Below, piece after piece: positions 1 through 7,831 of a DNA stretch of 64,000 bases. Position 1 is the first letter of the stretch, and the number at the start of each line of letters is the position of its first letter. Source of the stretch: an uncultured Eggerthella sp. (lineage in GTDB: Bacteria; Actinomycetota; Coriobacteriia; Coriobacteriales; Eggerthellaceae); assembly GCA_905203045.1 (NCBI GenBank), contig CAJKUH010000007.1, positions 5,306-69,305 on the forward strand. Direction: 5' to 3'. Below the pieces are notes generated by a model. It was not told the DNA's origin. It did not search any database and saw nothing but the letters and a program-made list of their open reading frames with translations. The position numbers and the translations under genes were made by a program.

Positions 1-274
1 GCGTCCGGAAAACGCCGAGATCATGCGTGAATCCGGTTACGTGGTGTACCTGAAGGTTACTGCCGACGGCGCTGCCGCCCGTATCCCGAACACCGATTCC
101 CGTCCTATGTTCAAGAACCTGGAAACGGCTCGTAAGACCATCGTCGAACGTGAGCCCCAGTACGAAGCTGCTGCCCATGTGTCGGTCGACACAGAAGGCC
201 GCAGCATCCGTGAAGTGGCCGACGAAGTGGTTGAGCGCCTGCTTGAAGCCGGCGTGATGGTTAAGCAGGACTAG
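1..274 (+). CDS. aroK: shikimate kinase, C-terminal part (5' end lies upstream of window)
   Basis: 83-aa ORF in a frame open to the window start. C-terminal shikimate-kinase-like sequence (..RPMF..REPQYE..). It sits 3 nt upstream of aroB, as in aroK-aroB operons. Confidence 0.5.
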   Translation, partial: RPENAEIMRESGYVVYLKVTADGAAARIPNTDSRPMFKNLETARKTIVEREPQYEAAAHVSVDTEGRSIREVADEVVERLLEAGVMVKQD

Positions 275-276
275 GC

Positions 277-1374
277 ATGGCGCGCATCGTTGTTGATATT
301 CCCGGCGAACGTGCCTATGACGTGGTTGTCTCGGCGGGAGAACTGGGCGCGTTGGGCGCTGAGATGCGGGCGTTCGATTCGAACCCCAAGGCATTGGTGA
401 TAACCGACACCGAGGTTTCCCCGCGTTACCTTGCGCCTGCCAAGGCATCGCTTGAGCAAGCGGGCTACCGTGTATCGGTTATCACGGTCCCCGCAGGCGA
501 GACAGCCAAGTCGGTGGCATGCGCTTCCGAGATCTGGCATGCCATGGCCGAATGCGGTCTGAGCCGCGACTCGGTGGTCGTGGCCCTAGGCGGCGGCGTC
601 GTAGGCGACTTGGCGGGCTTTACCGGCTCTACCTTCATGCGCGGTTTGCGCATCGTGCAGGTTCCCACGACCTTGCTTTCCATGGTCGATTCCTCGGTTG
701 GCGGCAAAACGGCCATCAACCTGGAATCGGGCAAGAACCTGGTAGGCACGTTCTGCCAACCTTCGCTGGTGTGTGCCGACGTGGCAACGCTTTCCACGCT
801 CCCCGAACGCGAATGGGCCTGTGGCTGCGGCGAAATCGCGAAATCGGCCGTCATTGACTCGGAAGAGTTCTTCTTCTGGCTCTACGGCAACGTCGATGCC
901 CTTGCTGCGCGCGAGCCCGAGGTGGTGAAGGAAGCCGTGCAACGCTGCGTGGTGTTCAAGGCTTCCGTGGTTGCGCGCGACCAGGAGGAAACCAAAGGCG
1001 TGCGAGAATGCCTGAACTACGGGCATACTTTGGCTCATGCGATAGAAACCGAGGCAGGCTACGGCGTGTACTCGCACGGCCATGCCGTGGCGCAGGGCAT
1101 GCGCTTTGCGGCGCGTTTGGCCGTGGCGCACCTGGGCGCTTCGATGGAATTCGTGCAAGCGCAAGATGCCTTGCTCGATGCGCTTGGCTTGCCCGAGCTG
1201 CAGCTGAAGGCCGACCCGGAACGTTTGCTGCACCTTATGAAAGGCGATAAGAAAGTTCGCTCCGGCAAGCTTCGCTTCGTGCTTCCGCGTGCGTGCGGCG
1301 AATGGGAAGTATGCGAGCTTGAAGACAACTTCGTGCTCGAGTACCTTGAAGCGTGGCAGCGCAGCATTGCATAG
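277..1374 (+). CDS. aroB: 3-dehydroquinate synthase
   Basis: 365 aa with the DHQ synthase motifs GGGVVGDLAGF, VPTTLLSMVDSSVGGKTAINL and His-rich metal site (HTLAHAIE, YSHGHAVAQG). Confidence 0.9.
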   Translation: MARIVVDIPGERAYDVVVSAGELGALGAEMRAFDSNPKALVITDTEVSPRYLAPAKASLEQAGYRVSVITVPAGETAKSVACASEIWHAMAECGLSRDSVVVALGGGVVGDLAGFTGSTFMRGLRIVQVPTTLLSMVDSSVGGKTAINLESGKNLVGTFCQPSLVCADVATLSTLPEREWACGCGEIAKSAVIDSEEFFFWLYGNVDALAAREPEVVKEAVQRCVVFKASVVARDQEETKGVRECLNYGHTLAHAIETEAGYGVYSHGHAVAQGMRFAARLAVAHLGASMEFVQAQDALLDALGLPELQLKADPERLLHLMKGDKKVRSGKLRFVLPRACGEWEVCELEDNFVLEYLEAWQRSIA

Positions 1375-1385
1375 ACAATCGGAAT

Positions 1386-1411
1386 GGGGCTTTGTGCCCC
1401 GTTCTTTTTTT
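1386..1411 (+). terminator. rho-independent terminator after aroB
   Basis: GGGGC-tttgt-GCCCC hairpin followed by GTTCTTTTTTT. Confidence 0.7.
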
Positions 1412-1430
1412 GGAAGCGCTGCGCGAGGAT

Positions 1431-1641
1431 GCTCGGGTATGCCGTCGCTCGTCCCTCGCTTTCGCTTGTTTCGGTTTTCAAAGAATTGACTTGAAAATAA
1501 GTGGAAGAAACCGCGAAGATCAGCTTGACGCATGATCCAAGGCATCCCTGGATTTCTTGATCAAGTACCTGGGGCGATTTCTTTCAGGCAATTCTTTGAA
1601 AACCGCGCTCCAGAGAGGGACGAGCGACGGCATACCCGAGC
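1431..1641. repeat. 211-bp nested inverted-repeat element (MITE-like or long structured RNA)
   Basis: Outer perfect 27-bp arms: gctcgggtatgccgtcgctcgtccctc (1431-1457) and its exact reverse complement (1615-1641). Inner perfect 16-bp arms: ggttttcaaagaattg (1473-1488) and its reverse complement (1589-1604). An internal 10-bp palindrome CTTGATCAAG lies at 1556-1565. Confidence 0.7.
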
Positions 1642-1679
1642 ATTTGCGCTTTATCTTTTATTGTCGAAAAGGAGGACTT

Positions 1680-2795
1680 ATGGCACATAATCCCGAACGT
1701 CTTTCCCGTTTGCGTGATGCTATGCGCAAGCAGGGGATAGACGTGCTCTACATTCGCGGGCTTTCCAACATTGCCTGGGCTACGGGCTTCGAGCGCGTGT
1801 TCGACGATGAACCTGCGCACGCCCTGGTGATCGATGCCGAGCACTGCGTGTTGCATACCGATTCGCGTTATTTCGATGCGCTTGCTGCGGCAGCGCAGGG
1901 CACGCAGATCGAAGTGGATGGAAGCCGTCAGGCGCACAGCGCCCTGCTGCGCGTCGCTATCGATGCGGCGAAGGCCCAGGCCGAGCGCGTGCAGGTTGGC
2001 ATCGAGGACTCCCTGTCTTTGGCGGAGTTCCGTGCGTTGGAGCGCTCCTTTGCCGACGAGCCGCTCGAGTTCACCGAGCTTTCCGGTTTCGTTGAAGCGT
2101 TGCGCCAGGTGAAAGACGAATCCGAGATTGCCGCCATGAAGAAGGCGCAGAGCATCACCGACGCTGCGTTCGCGAAGATCGTCGAATACATGGAACCGGG
2201 CATGACCGAACGCGAGGTTCAGCTTCAGCTGGACAGCTATATGTTCGAGGAAGGGGCTGAGGGCTTGGCATTCGGCACCATTGTGGCAACCGGCGCCCAT
2301 GCAGCCTCACCCCATGCCATTCCTGGTGAAACCAAACTGGCACCCGGTGATGCGGTGGTGATGGACTTCGGTGCCCGCTATGCCGGGTACTGCTCGGACA
2401 TGACCCGCACCGTGTTCGTGGGCCAGCCCTCCGAAGAGGTGTGCCGTGCGTATGCGGCCATTCGCCGCGCCAACGAGGAATGCGAGGCGATGCTGCGCGC
2501 AGGCCTTACCGGCGCCGAGGTGCACGAGCATGCGGAAGCGGTTCTGGAAGAAGAGGGCTTTGGCGGCGCCATGGGGCACTCGCTGGGCCACAGCGTGGGA
2601 ATTGACATCCATGAAGCGCCCAACCTCTCGCCGCGCAATCCTTCGAAATTGGAAGCGGGCAACGTGGTTACCGTCGAACCGGGTATCTACCTGCCGGGCA
2701 AATTCGGCATGCGCTTGGAAGATTTCGGCGTGGTTCGTGCGGGATCGTATGAAGCGTTCACACAAAGTACGCATGAGATGATTATCATCTCTTAG
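1680..2795 (+). CDS. M24 family Xaa-Pro aminopeptidase (PepP-like)
   Basis: RBS AAGGAGGA 4 nt upstream of the ATG. N-terminal creatinase-like domain and C-terminal pita-bread fold with metal ligands (DFGARYAGYCSDMTRT, HSLGHSVGIDIHE, VVTVEPGIY). Confidence 0.85.
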   Translation: MAHNPERLSRLRDAMRKQGIDVLYIRGLSNIAWATGFERVFDDEPAHALVIDAEHCVLHTDSRYFDALAAAAQGTQIEVDGSRQAHSALLRVAIDAAKAQAERVQVGIEDSLSLAEFRALERSFADEPLEFTELSGFVEALRQVKDESEIAAMKKAQSITDAAFAKIVEYMEPGMTEREVQLQLDSYMFEEGAEGLAFGTIVATGAHAASPHAIPGETKLAPGDAVVMDFGARYAGYCSDMTRTVFVGQPSEEVCRAYAAIRRANEECEAMLRAGLTGAEVHEHAEAVLEEEGFGGAMGHSLGHSVGIDIHEAPNLSPRNPSKLEAGNVVTVEPGIYLPGKFGMRLEDFGVVRAGSYEAFTQSTHEMIIIS

Positions 2796-2854
2796 CTTTC
2801 TGGGTATAATGTAAAGGTTAATTTTGCAATTGTTCATTTTCGAAGGAGCATAAC

Positions 2855-3415
2855 GTGGCAATCTCTACCGCCGATTTCCGTAACGGCATGTGCATCGAGT
2901 ACAACAACAAGCTCTGTGTCATTGTCGAATTCCAGCATGTAAAGCCTGGCAAGGGCGGTGCATTCGTTCGCACCAAGCTCCGCGACATCAAGACCGGTCG
3001 CGTGGTTGACTACACCTTCAATGCAGGCACCAAGTTCGATTCCGTTCGTCTTGAAACCAAGAAGATGCAGTTCCTCTACAGCGACGGCACCGACTTTAAC
3101 TTCATGGACACCAACACCTACGAGCAGCTTGCCATCCCTGCCGACGTTGTGGGATCTGCTGCCAACTGGCTGAAGGAAAACGACGAGGCTACCCTCATGT
3201 ACGCTGGCGACGAGCTCATCAGCATCGAGCCTCCCATGTTCGTAGAGCTCGAGGTTACCGAAACCGAGCCTGGCTTCAAGGGCGACACCGCAACCAACAC
3301 CACCAAGCCCGCAACGCTCGAAACCGGCGTTACCATTCAGGTTCCCACCTTTGTTGAAATCGGCGACGTGCTGCAGATCGACAGCCGTGACGGCCGCTTC
3401 GTTAAGCGCGTCTAG
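2855..3415 (+). CDS. efp: elongation factor P
   Basis: 186 aa with the canonical EF-P N-terminus, including the KPGKGGAF loop that carries the modified Lys. Confidence 0.95.
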   Translation: MAISTADFRNGMCIEYNNKLCVIVEFQHVKPGKGGAFVRTKLRDIKTGRVVDYTFNAGTKFDSVRLETKKMQFLYSDGTDFNFMDTNTYEQLAIPADVVGSAANWLKENDEATLMYAGDELISIEPPMFVELEVTETEPGFKGDTATNTTKPATLETGVTIQVPTFVEIGDVLQIDSRDGRFVKRV

Positions 3416-3450
3416 TGCTATATGTGTCTTAACTGAAAACTCTTTTGGCA

Positions 3451-3485
3451 ACGGGGCGCTTTGGGCGCCCCGTGCTTTATACTTA
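3451..3485 (+). terminator. rho-independent terminator after efp
   Basis: ACGGGGCGC-loop-GCGCCCCGT hairpin followed by GCTTTATACTT. Confidence 0.7.
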
Positions 3486-3547
3486 ACTTTCGATTTTAAC
3501 GTGCGTTAACTGCGTGCAACGTGTTTCGAAGAGGAGGTGCGAAACAC

Positions 3548-5440
3548 TTGGGAAAGCTTCAGATCATGGACACCACCATTCGCGATGGTCAGCAGAGCCT
3601 TTGGGCTACCCGCATGCCCGTCGGCGACATGCTCCCGATCTTGCCTAAGATGGATCGCGTAGGTTATTGGGCTATCGAGGCTTGGGGCGGTGCCACGTTC
3701 GACACATGCCTTCGCTTCCTTGACGAAAACCCCTGGGATCGTTTGCGCTCCATCAAGGCGAAGACCCCCAACACGCGCCTTTCCATGCTTTCGCGTGGTC
3801 AGAACCTGGTTGGCTACAAGCATTATTCCAAGGAAATCGTCCATCGCTTCATCGCTGCGGCCCATCGCAACGGCATCGACGTGTTCCGCGTGTTCGATGC
3901 CCTGAACGACATCCGCAACGTGGTGGACAATGCCGAGGCCATCAAGGAATGCGGCGGTCACTTCGAAGGCGCTATTTCCTACACGCTTTCGCCGGTTCAC
4001 ACGCTGGACAGCTTCCTTGAGTACGGTCAGCAGCTGAAGGACCTGGGCGCCGACTCCATTGCCATCAAGGACATGGCCGGCATGCTCACCCCGTATCGCA
4101 CCGAGCGCATCGTTAAGGCGTTCAACGCTGAAATCGGCCTGCCCGTGCATGTTCATTGCCACTATGTTGGCGGCATGGCGCCTGCCAACTACCTGAAGGC
4201 CGCCGAAGCCGGCGCCGCCATCGTCGACACGGCTTCTGCTCCGCTGGCATTCGGCAATTCGCAGCCTGCTGTGGAGATGCTGGTTGCGGCAATGCAGGAA
4301 AGCCGTTATGACACGGGCCTTGACCTGGGCTTGCTGTTCGAGATCTCCGAGTACTGGGAAGAGGTTCGCAAGCGCGGCCATTATAAGCGCGGCGTTTCTT
4401 CGCTTACCCATATGAAGGTGTACTCGCATCAGGTTCCAGGCGGCATGATGTCGAACCTCATGTCCCAGCTGGAAATCCAGAATGCGCTCGACCGCCTGGA
4501 CGACGTGATGGAAGAGATTCCCCGCGTTCGCGCCGAGGTAGGCTATCCGCCTTTGGTTACGCCGCTTTCCCAGATCGTGGGCACACAGGCTGTGTTCAAT
4601 GTTCTTACCGGCAAGCGCTGGAGCGTTGTTTCCAAGGAAATGAAAGATTATATCTGCGGCTACTACGGCAAGGCTCCTGGTCCTATGAGCCCCGAGGTGG
4701 TAAACCGCGTTGTAGGCGAATCCGATCAGATGCTCGACCCCAGCGTTGCCCCTGGTTCCCTGGTAACCACGACCTTCGCTGAGCTTGAGGAAGAGATCGG
4801 CGATTTGGCCAAGTCCGAAGAGGACGTTTTGATGTACGCACTGTTCCCGAACGAGGCACGTACGTACTTGAGCAAGCACCGCACATCTGAAAAGGTCGAT
4901 TTCCTGCTTGAAGAGGAATCGAGCAACACCAAGGAGGACGATTACGTGGATATCAACCAGATTCGAGAGCTCGTTCGCGTTGCCGAGGAAAGCGGCGTAG
5001 GCGAGATCGTCGTCGAGGAAGAGGGCGCCCGTATCGCCGTCCGCATGCCTGGCGCTGTTGCCGCCGCCCCTGCAGCTCCTGCTGCCGCAGCCGCTCCTGC
5101 CGCTGCCGCACCTGCTGCAGCACCTGCACCTGCCGCTGCTCCTGCGGCATCGAGCCGCCCTGCCAGCTGGCACTGCGTTACCTCCCCGATGGTAGGCACC
5201 TTCTACGCTGCCCCCGCACCGGGCGAGCCCGCATTCGTGAAGGTGGGCGATGAGGTTGCCGCCAACCAGACGCTGTGCATCGTCGAGGCTATGAAGCTTA
5301 TGAACGAAATCGGCGCCGAGGAAATGGGCACCGTGCGCGAAATCTGCGTTGAAGATGCAACGCCCGTTGAGTTCGGCACCCCGCTGTTCTACATCGAGCC
5401 CCACACCAGCCACGACGCTGTTGGTCCGGAGAGTGCATAA
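3548..5440 (+). CDS. biotin-dependent 5S-type carboxyltransferase (pyruvate carboxylase subunit B / oxaloacetate decarboxylase alpha-like) fused to a C-terminal biotin carboxyl carrier domain
   Basis: N-terminal MDTTIRDGQQS TIM-barrel carboxyltransferase signature. Ala/Pro linker. C-terminal biotinyl domain with the CIVEAMKLMNEI motif. The start was placed at a TTG 10 nt after GAGGAGG; an alternative ATG lies at 3566. Confidence 0.8.
   Translation: MGKLQIMDTTIRDGQQSLWATRMPVGDMLPILPKMDRVGYWAIEAWGGATFDTCLRFLDENPWDRLRSIKAKTPNTRLSMLSRGQNLVGYKHYSKEIVHRFIAAAHRNGIDVFRVFDALNDIRNVVDNAEAIKECGGHFEGAISYTLSPVHTLDSFLEYGQQLKDLGADSIAIKDMAGMLTPYRTERIVKAFNAEIGLPVHVHCHYVGGMAPANYLKAAEAGAAIVDTASAPLAFGNSQPAVEMLVAAMQESRYDTGLDLGLLFEISEYWEEVRKRGHYKRGVSSLTHMKVYSHQVPGGMMSNLMSQLEIQNALDRLDDVMEEIPRVRAEVGYPPLVTPLSQIVGTQAVFNVLTGKRWSVVSKEMKDYICGYYGKAPGPMSPEVVNRVVGESDQMLDPSVAPGSLVTTTFAELEEEIGDLAKSEEDVLMYALFPNEARTYLSKHRTSEKVDFLLEEESSNTKEDDYVDINQIRELVRVAEESGVGEIVVEEEGARIAVRMPGAVAAAPAAPAAAAAPAAAAPAAAPAPAAAPAASSRPASWHCVTSPMVGTFYAAPAPGEPAFVKVGDEVAANQTLCIVEAMKLMNEIGAEEMGTVREICVEDATPVEFGTPLFYIEPHTSHDAVGPESA
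5040..5160 (+). repeat. low-complexity GCN-rich tract encoding the Ala/Pro linker of the carboxyltransferase-BCCP protein
   Basis: Run of (gcn/ccn) codons giving AAAPAAPAAAAAPAAAAPAAAPAPAAAPAA. Typical of a flexible BCCP linker. Confidence 0.8.
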
Positions 5441-5443
5441 GCG

Positions 5444-6793
5444 ATGTTCGATAAAGTACTGATCGCAAACCGCGGCGAGGTTGCCCTGCGCATTATGCGC
5501 GCCTGCAAAGAGCTGGGCATCAAGACCGTTGCGGTGTATTCCACCGAAGACGCCGACACCTATCCCGTTCGCTATGCGGACGAAAAGGTGTGCATCGGCC
5601 CTGCTCCTGCAAACAAGAGCTATCTGGTAATGCCCTCCATCATCGCCGCTGCGGTGAACACGGGCTGCCAGGCAATCCACCCCGGTTACGGCTTTTTGGC
5701 GGAGAACTCCGATTTCGCCCGCGCTTGCGCCGACAACGACCTGGTATTCATCGGACCTTCCCCCGAGTGCATCGATGCCATGGGCAACAAGGCTGCCGCC
5801 CGCGACACCATGAAGGCGTGCGGCGTCCCCACGGTTCCCGGCTCCGACGGCGTTGTGGAAACGGTTGAAGAGGCCCGCAAGTTCGCCGAGGAAGTGGGCT
5901 ATCCGGTGCTCATCAAGGCTTCCGCCGGCGGTGGCGGCAAGGGCATGCGCGAAGTGCACGACCCGGCCGACCTGGAATCGCAGTTCATGGCTGCCAAGAA
6001 CGAGGCAATCGCCGCGTTCGGCAACGGCGATGTGTACCTGGAAAAGCTGGTGCTTCGTCCGCGTCACGTCGAGGTTCAGATTCTGGCCGACAAGCACGGC
6101 AACCGCATTTCCCTGTGCGAACGCGACTGTTCGCTTCAGCGTCGTCACCAGAAGCTGCTCGAAGAAGCTCCTTCGCCGGCGCTTACCGATGAAATCCGTC
6201 GTTCCATGGGCGTTGCCGCAGTTAAGGCCGTCCGTGCTACGGGCTACGAGAACGCCGGCACCATCGAGTTTCTGCTCGACAGCGACGGTAAGTTCTACTT
6301 CATGGAAATGAACACGCGTGTTCAGGTAGAGCATCCCGTATCCGAGCAGATCACCGGCACCGACATTATCAAGGAGCAGCTGCGTATCGCTGCGGGCGAG
6401 CCCATTTCGTGCCTTGATCGTGCGCCGTTTACGCCGTTTGGCCATGCCATGGAGTTCCGCATCAACGCGGAAGACCCGGAGCACGACTTCCGTCCGTGCC
6501 CTGGCAACATCACGCGCTTCGAGGTTCCCGGTGGTCCGGGCGTACGTGTGGAAACCTACATCAAAGAAGGCGACCGCATTTCCCCGTATTACGACTCGAT
6601 GGTTGCTAAACTGATTGTGTGGGGCATCGATCGCGATGAGTGCATTGCCCGCGGCAAGCGTGCATTGAATGAGTTCCGTATCGAAGGCATCAAAACCACC
6701 ATTCCCTTCCACTTGGAGGTTCTTGAAAAGGAAGCCTTTGTAGAGGGCAGGGTATTTACCGACTTCATCGAAACCGAAATGGGGGATGAATAA
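5444..6793 (+). CDS. accC: biotin carboxylase
   Basis: 449 aa with ATP-grasp biotin carboxylase motifs (MFDKVLIANRGEVALRI, GYPVLIKASAGGGGKGMR, EMNTRVQVEHPVSE). Confidence 0.9.
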   Translation: MFDKVLIANRGEVALRIMRACKELGIKTVAVYSTEDADTYPVRYADEKVCIGPAPANKSYLVMPSIIAAAVNTGCQAIHPGYGFLAENSDFARACADNDLVFIGPSPECIDAMGNKAAARDTMKACGVPTVPGSDGVVETVEEARKFAEEVGYPVLIKASAGGGGKGMREVHDPADLESQFMAAKNEAIAAFGNGDVYLEKLVLRPRHVEVQILADKHGNRISLCERDCSLQRRHQKLLEEAPSPALTDEIRRSMGVAAVKAVRATGYENAGTIEFLLDSDGKFYFMEMNTRVQVEHPVSEQITGTDIIKEQLRIAAGEPISCLDRAPFTPFGHAMEFRINAEDPEHDFRPCPGNITRFEVPGGPGVRVETYIKEGDRISPYYDSMVAKLIVWGIDRDECIARGKRALNEFRIEGIKTTIPFHLEVLEKEAFVEGRVFTDFIETEMGDE

Positions 6794-6794
6794 T

Positions 6795-7139
6795 ATGACA
6801 GATATCAACACCGAAAGCATGGCAATCGCACCTGGCGTGGTTGAAACCATCGTCACTCTTGCCGTACGCGATGTTGCTGGCGTGGCGTCGGTTGGCGCTG
6901 CACCTTCTGGGATCCGTTCCCTTCTTTCGTTCAAGCAGTCCGCTCAGGGCGTTTCCGTAAACGTTGCCGACGACAACACGGTAGACGTTGCCGTTTCCCT
7001 GCGTGTGCTTTCTGGGCATTCCTTGAACGAAATCGCCGACAATGTTCGTAAATCTGTGTCTGACGCAGTTCTTTCGCAGGTTGGCCTTACGGTATCGCGC
7101 GTGGACATCCGCGTCGACGGCATCGTATTCCAGGATTAG
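6795..7139 (+). CDS. Asp23/Gls24 family alkaline-shock/envelope stress protein
   Basis: Asp23-like sequence (IAPGVVETIVTLAVRDVAGV...RVDIRVDGIVF). The ATG at 6795 follows GGGGGA by 8 nt and sits 1 nt after the accC stop. Confidence 0.8.
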   Translation: MTDINTESMAIAPGVVETIVTLAVRDVAGVASVGAAPSGIRSLLSFKQSAQGVSVNVADDNTVDVAVSLRVLSGHSLNEIADNVRKSVSDAVLSQVGLTVSRVDIRVDGIVFQD

Positions 7140-7582
7140 TGGTGTCTGTGTCGAAGGCTTATTCCCAGCACGCAGAACGCACGCTTGCACGCAAGAACGC
7201 CCTGCAGATCATGTACCAGGGCGACATCCTGGACAAGGCTCCCCGCGAGCTTATCGACAACGCTCAGCTTGTTCCTGAAACCCAGGGCTTGGACGATTAT
7301 GCCCTGATGCTGCTTGATGGCTGCAAGGAAAACTTGGAAGCCATTGACGAGCTTATTGTTTCTGCAAGCGAGAACTGGGCGCTTGACCGCATGCCGATGG
7401 TCGATCGCGCCCTGCTTCGTCTTTCCACGTACGAAATGCGCTATGTGGAAGACGTTCCTGTTTCGGTTTCCATCAACGAAGCCGTAAACCTTGCCAAAGA
7501 ATTCGGCGGGGATGATTCGCCGAGGTTCGTCAACGGCATTTTGGGCCGTATCGCTACCCAACTTGAGAGCGAGCAGGCATAA
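7139..7582 (+). CDS. nusB: transcription antitermination factor NusB
   Basis: 147 aa with NusB conserved blocks (ARKNALQIMYQ, DRMPMVDRALLRL, FVNGILGRI). GTG start overlaps the asp23 stop (TAGTG). Confidence 0.9.
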   Translation: MVSVSKAYSQHAERTLARKNALQIMYQGDILDKAPRELIDNAQLVPETQGLDDYALMLLDGCKENLEAIDELIVSASENWALDRMPMVDRALLRLSTYEMRYVEDVPVSVSINEAVNLAKEFGGDDSPRFVNGILGRIATQLESEQA

Positions 7583-7818
7583 TGGAATCAAAGGCTCCTC
7601 AGACGTTCGAGGACATAAAAGCACGCCTTGATGAAATCGTGGCGGCTGTCAGCGACGAGGAGCTTCCTCTTGATGAGGCTTTGGGCCTGTATGAGGAAGC
7701 GGTTGGCATAGGATTGACCGCTTCTCGCATCATGGAAGAGGGAATTGCTGCTAAAGAAGCCGAATCTGCCGAGGCGCAAGCTTCGGCGGATTCGGATACT
7801 TCGTCTTCGGACGAATAG
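7582..7818 (+). CDS. xseB: exodeoxyribonuclease VII small subunit
   Basis: 78 aa with an XseB-like helical hairpin (FEDIKARLDEIVAAV...LPLDEALGLYEEAV). The start overlaps the nusB stop. Confidence 0.8.
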   Translation: MESKAPQTFEDIKARLDEIVAAVSDEELPLDEALGLYEEAVGIGLTASRIMEEGIAAKEAESAEAQASADSDTSSSDE

Positions 7819-7831
7819 GAGGAGGTGCCGT

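Noticed and set aside
586-1545. 319-aa minus-strand ORF overlapping aroB and the inverted-repeat element
   Set aside because: Antisense to aroB. Its apparent conservation (RGTSDGIPEH) is a mirror artefact of the inverted repeat.
3506-6934. 1142-aa ORF on the minus strand spanning the carboxyltransferase and accC genes
   Set aside because: Antisense to two strongly supported genes with clear enzymatic motifs. The product is Ala/Gly/Arg-rich low-complexity sequence typical of stop-free antisense frames in high-GC DNA.
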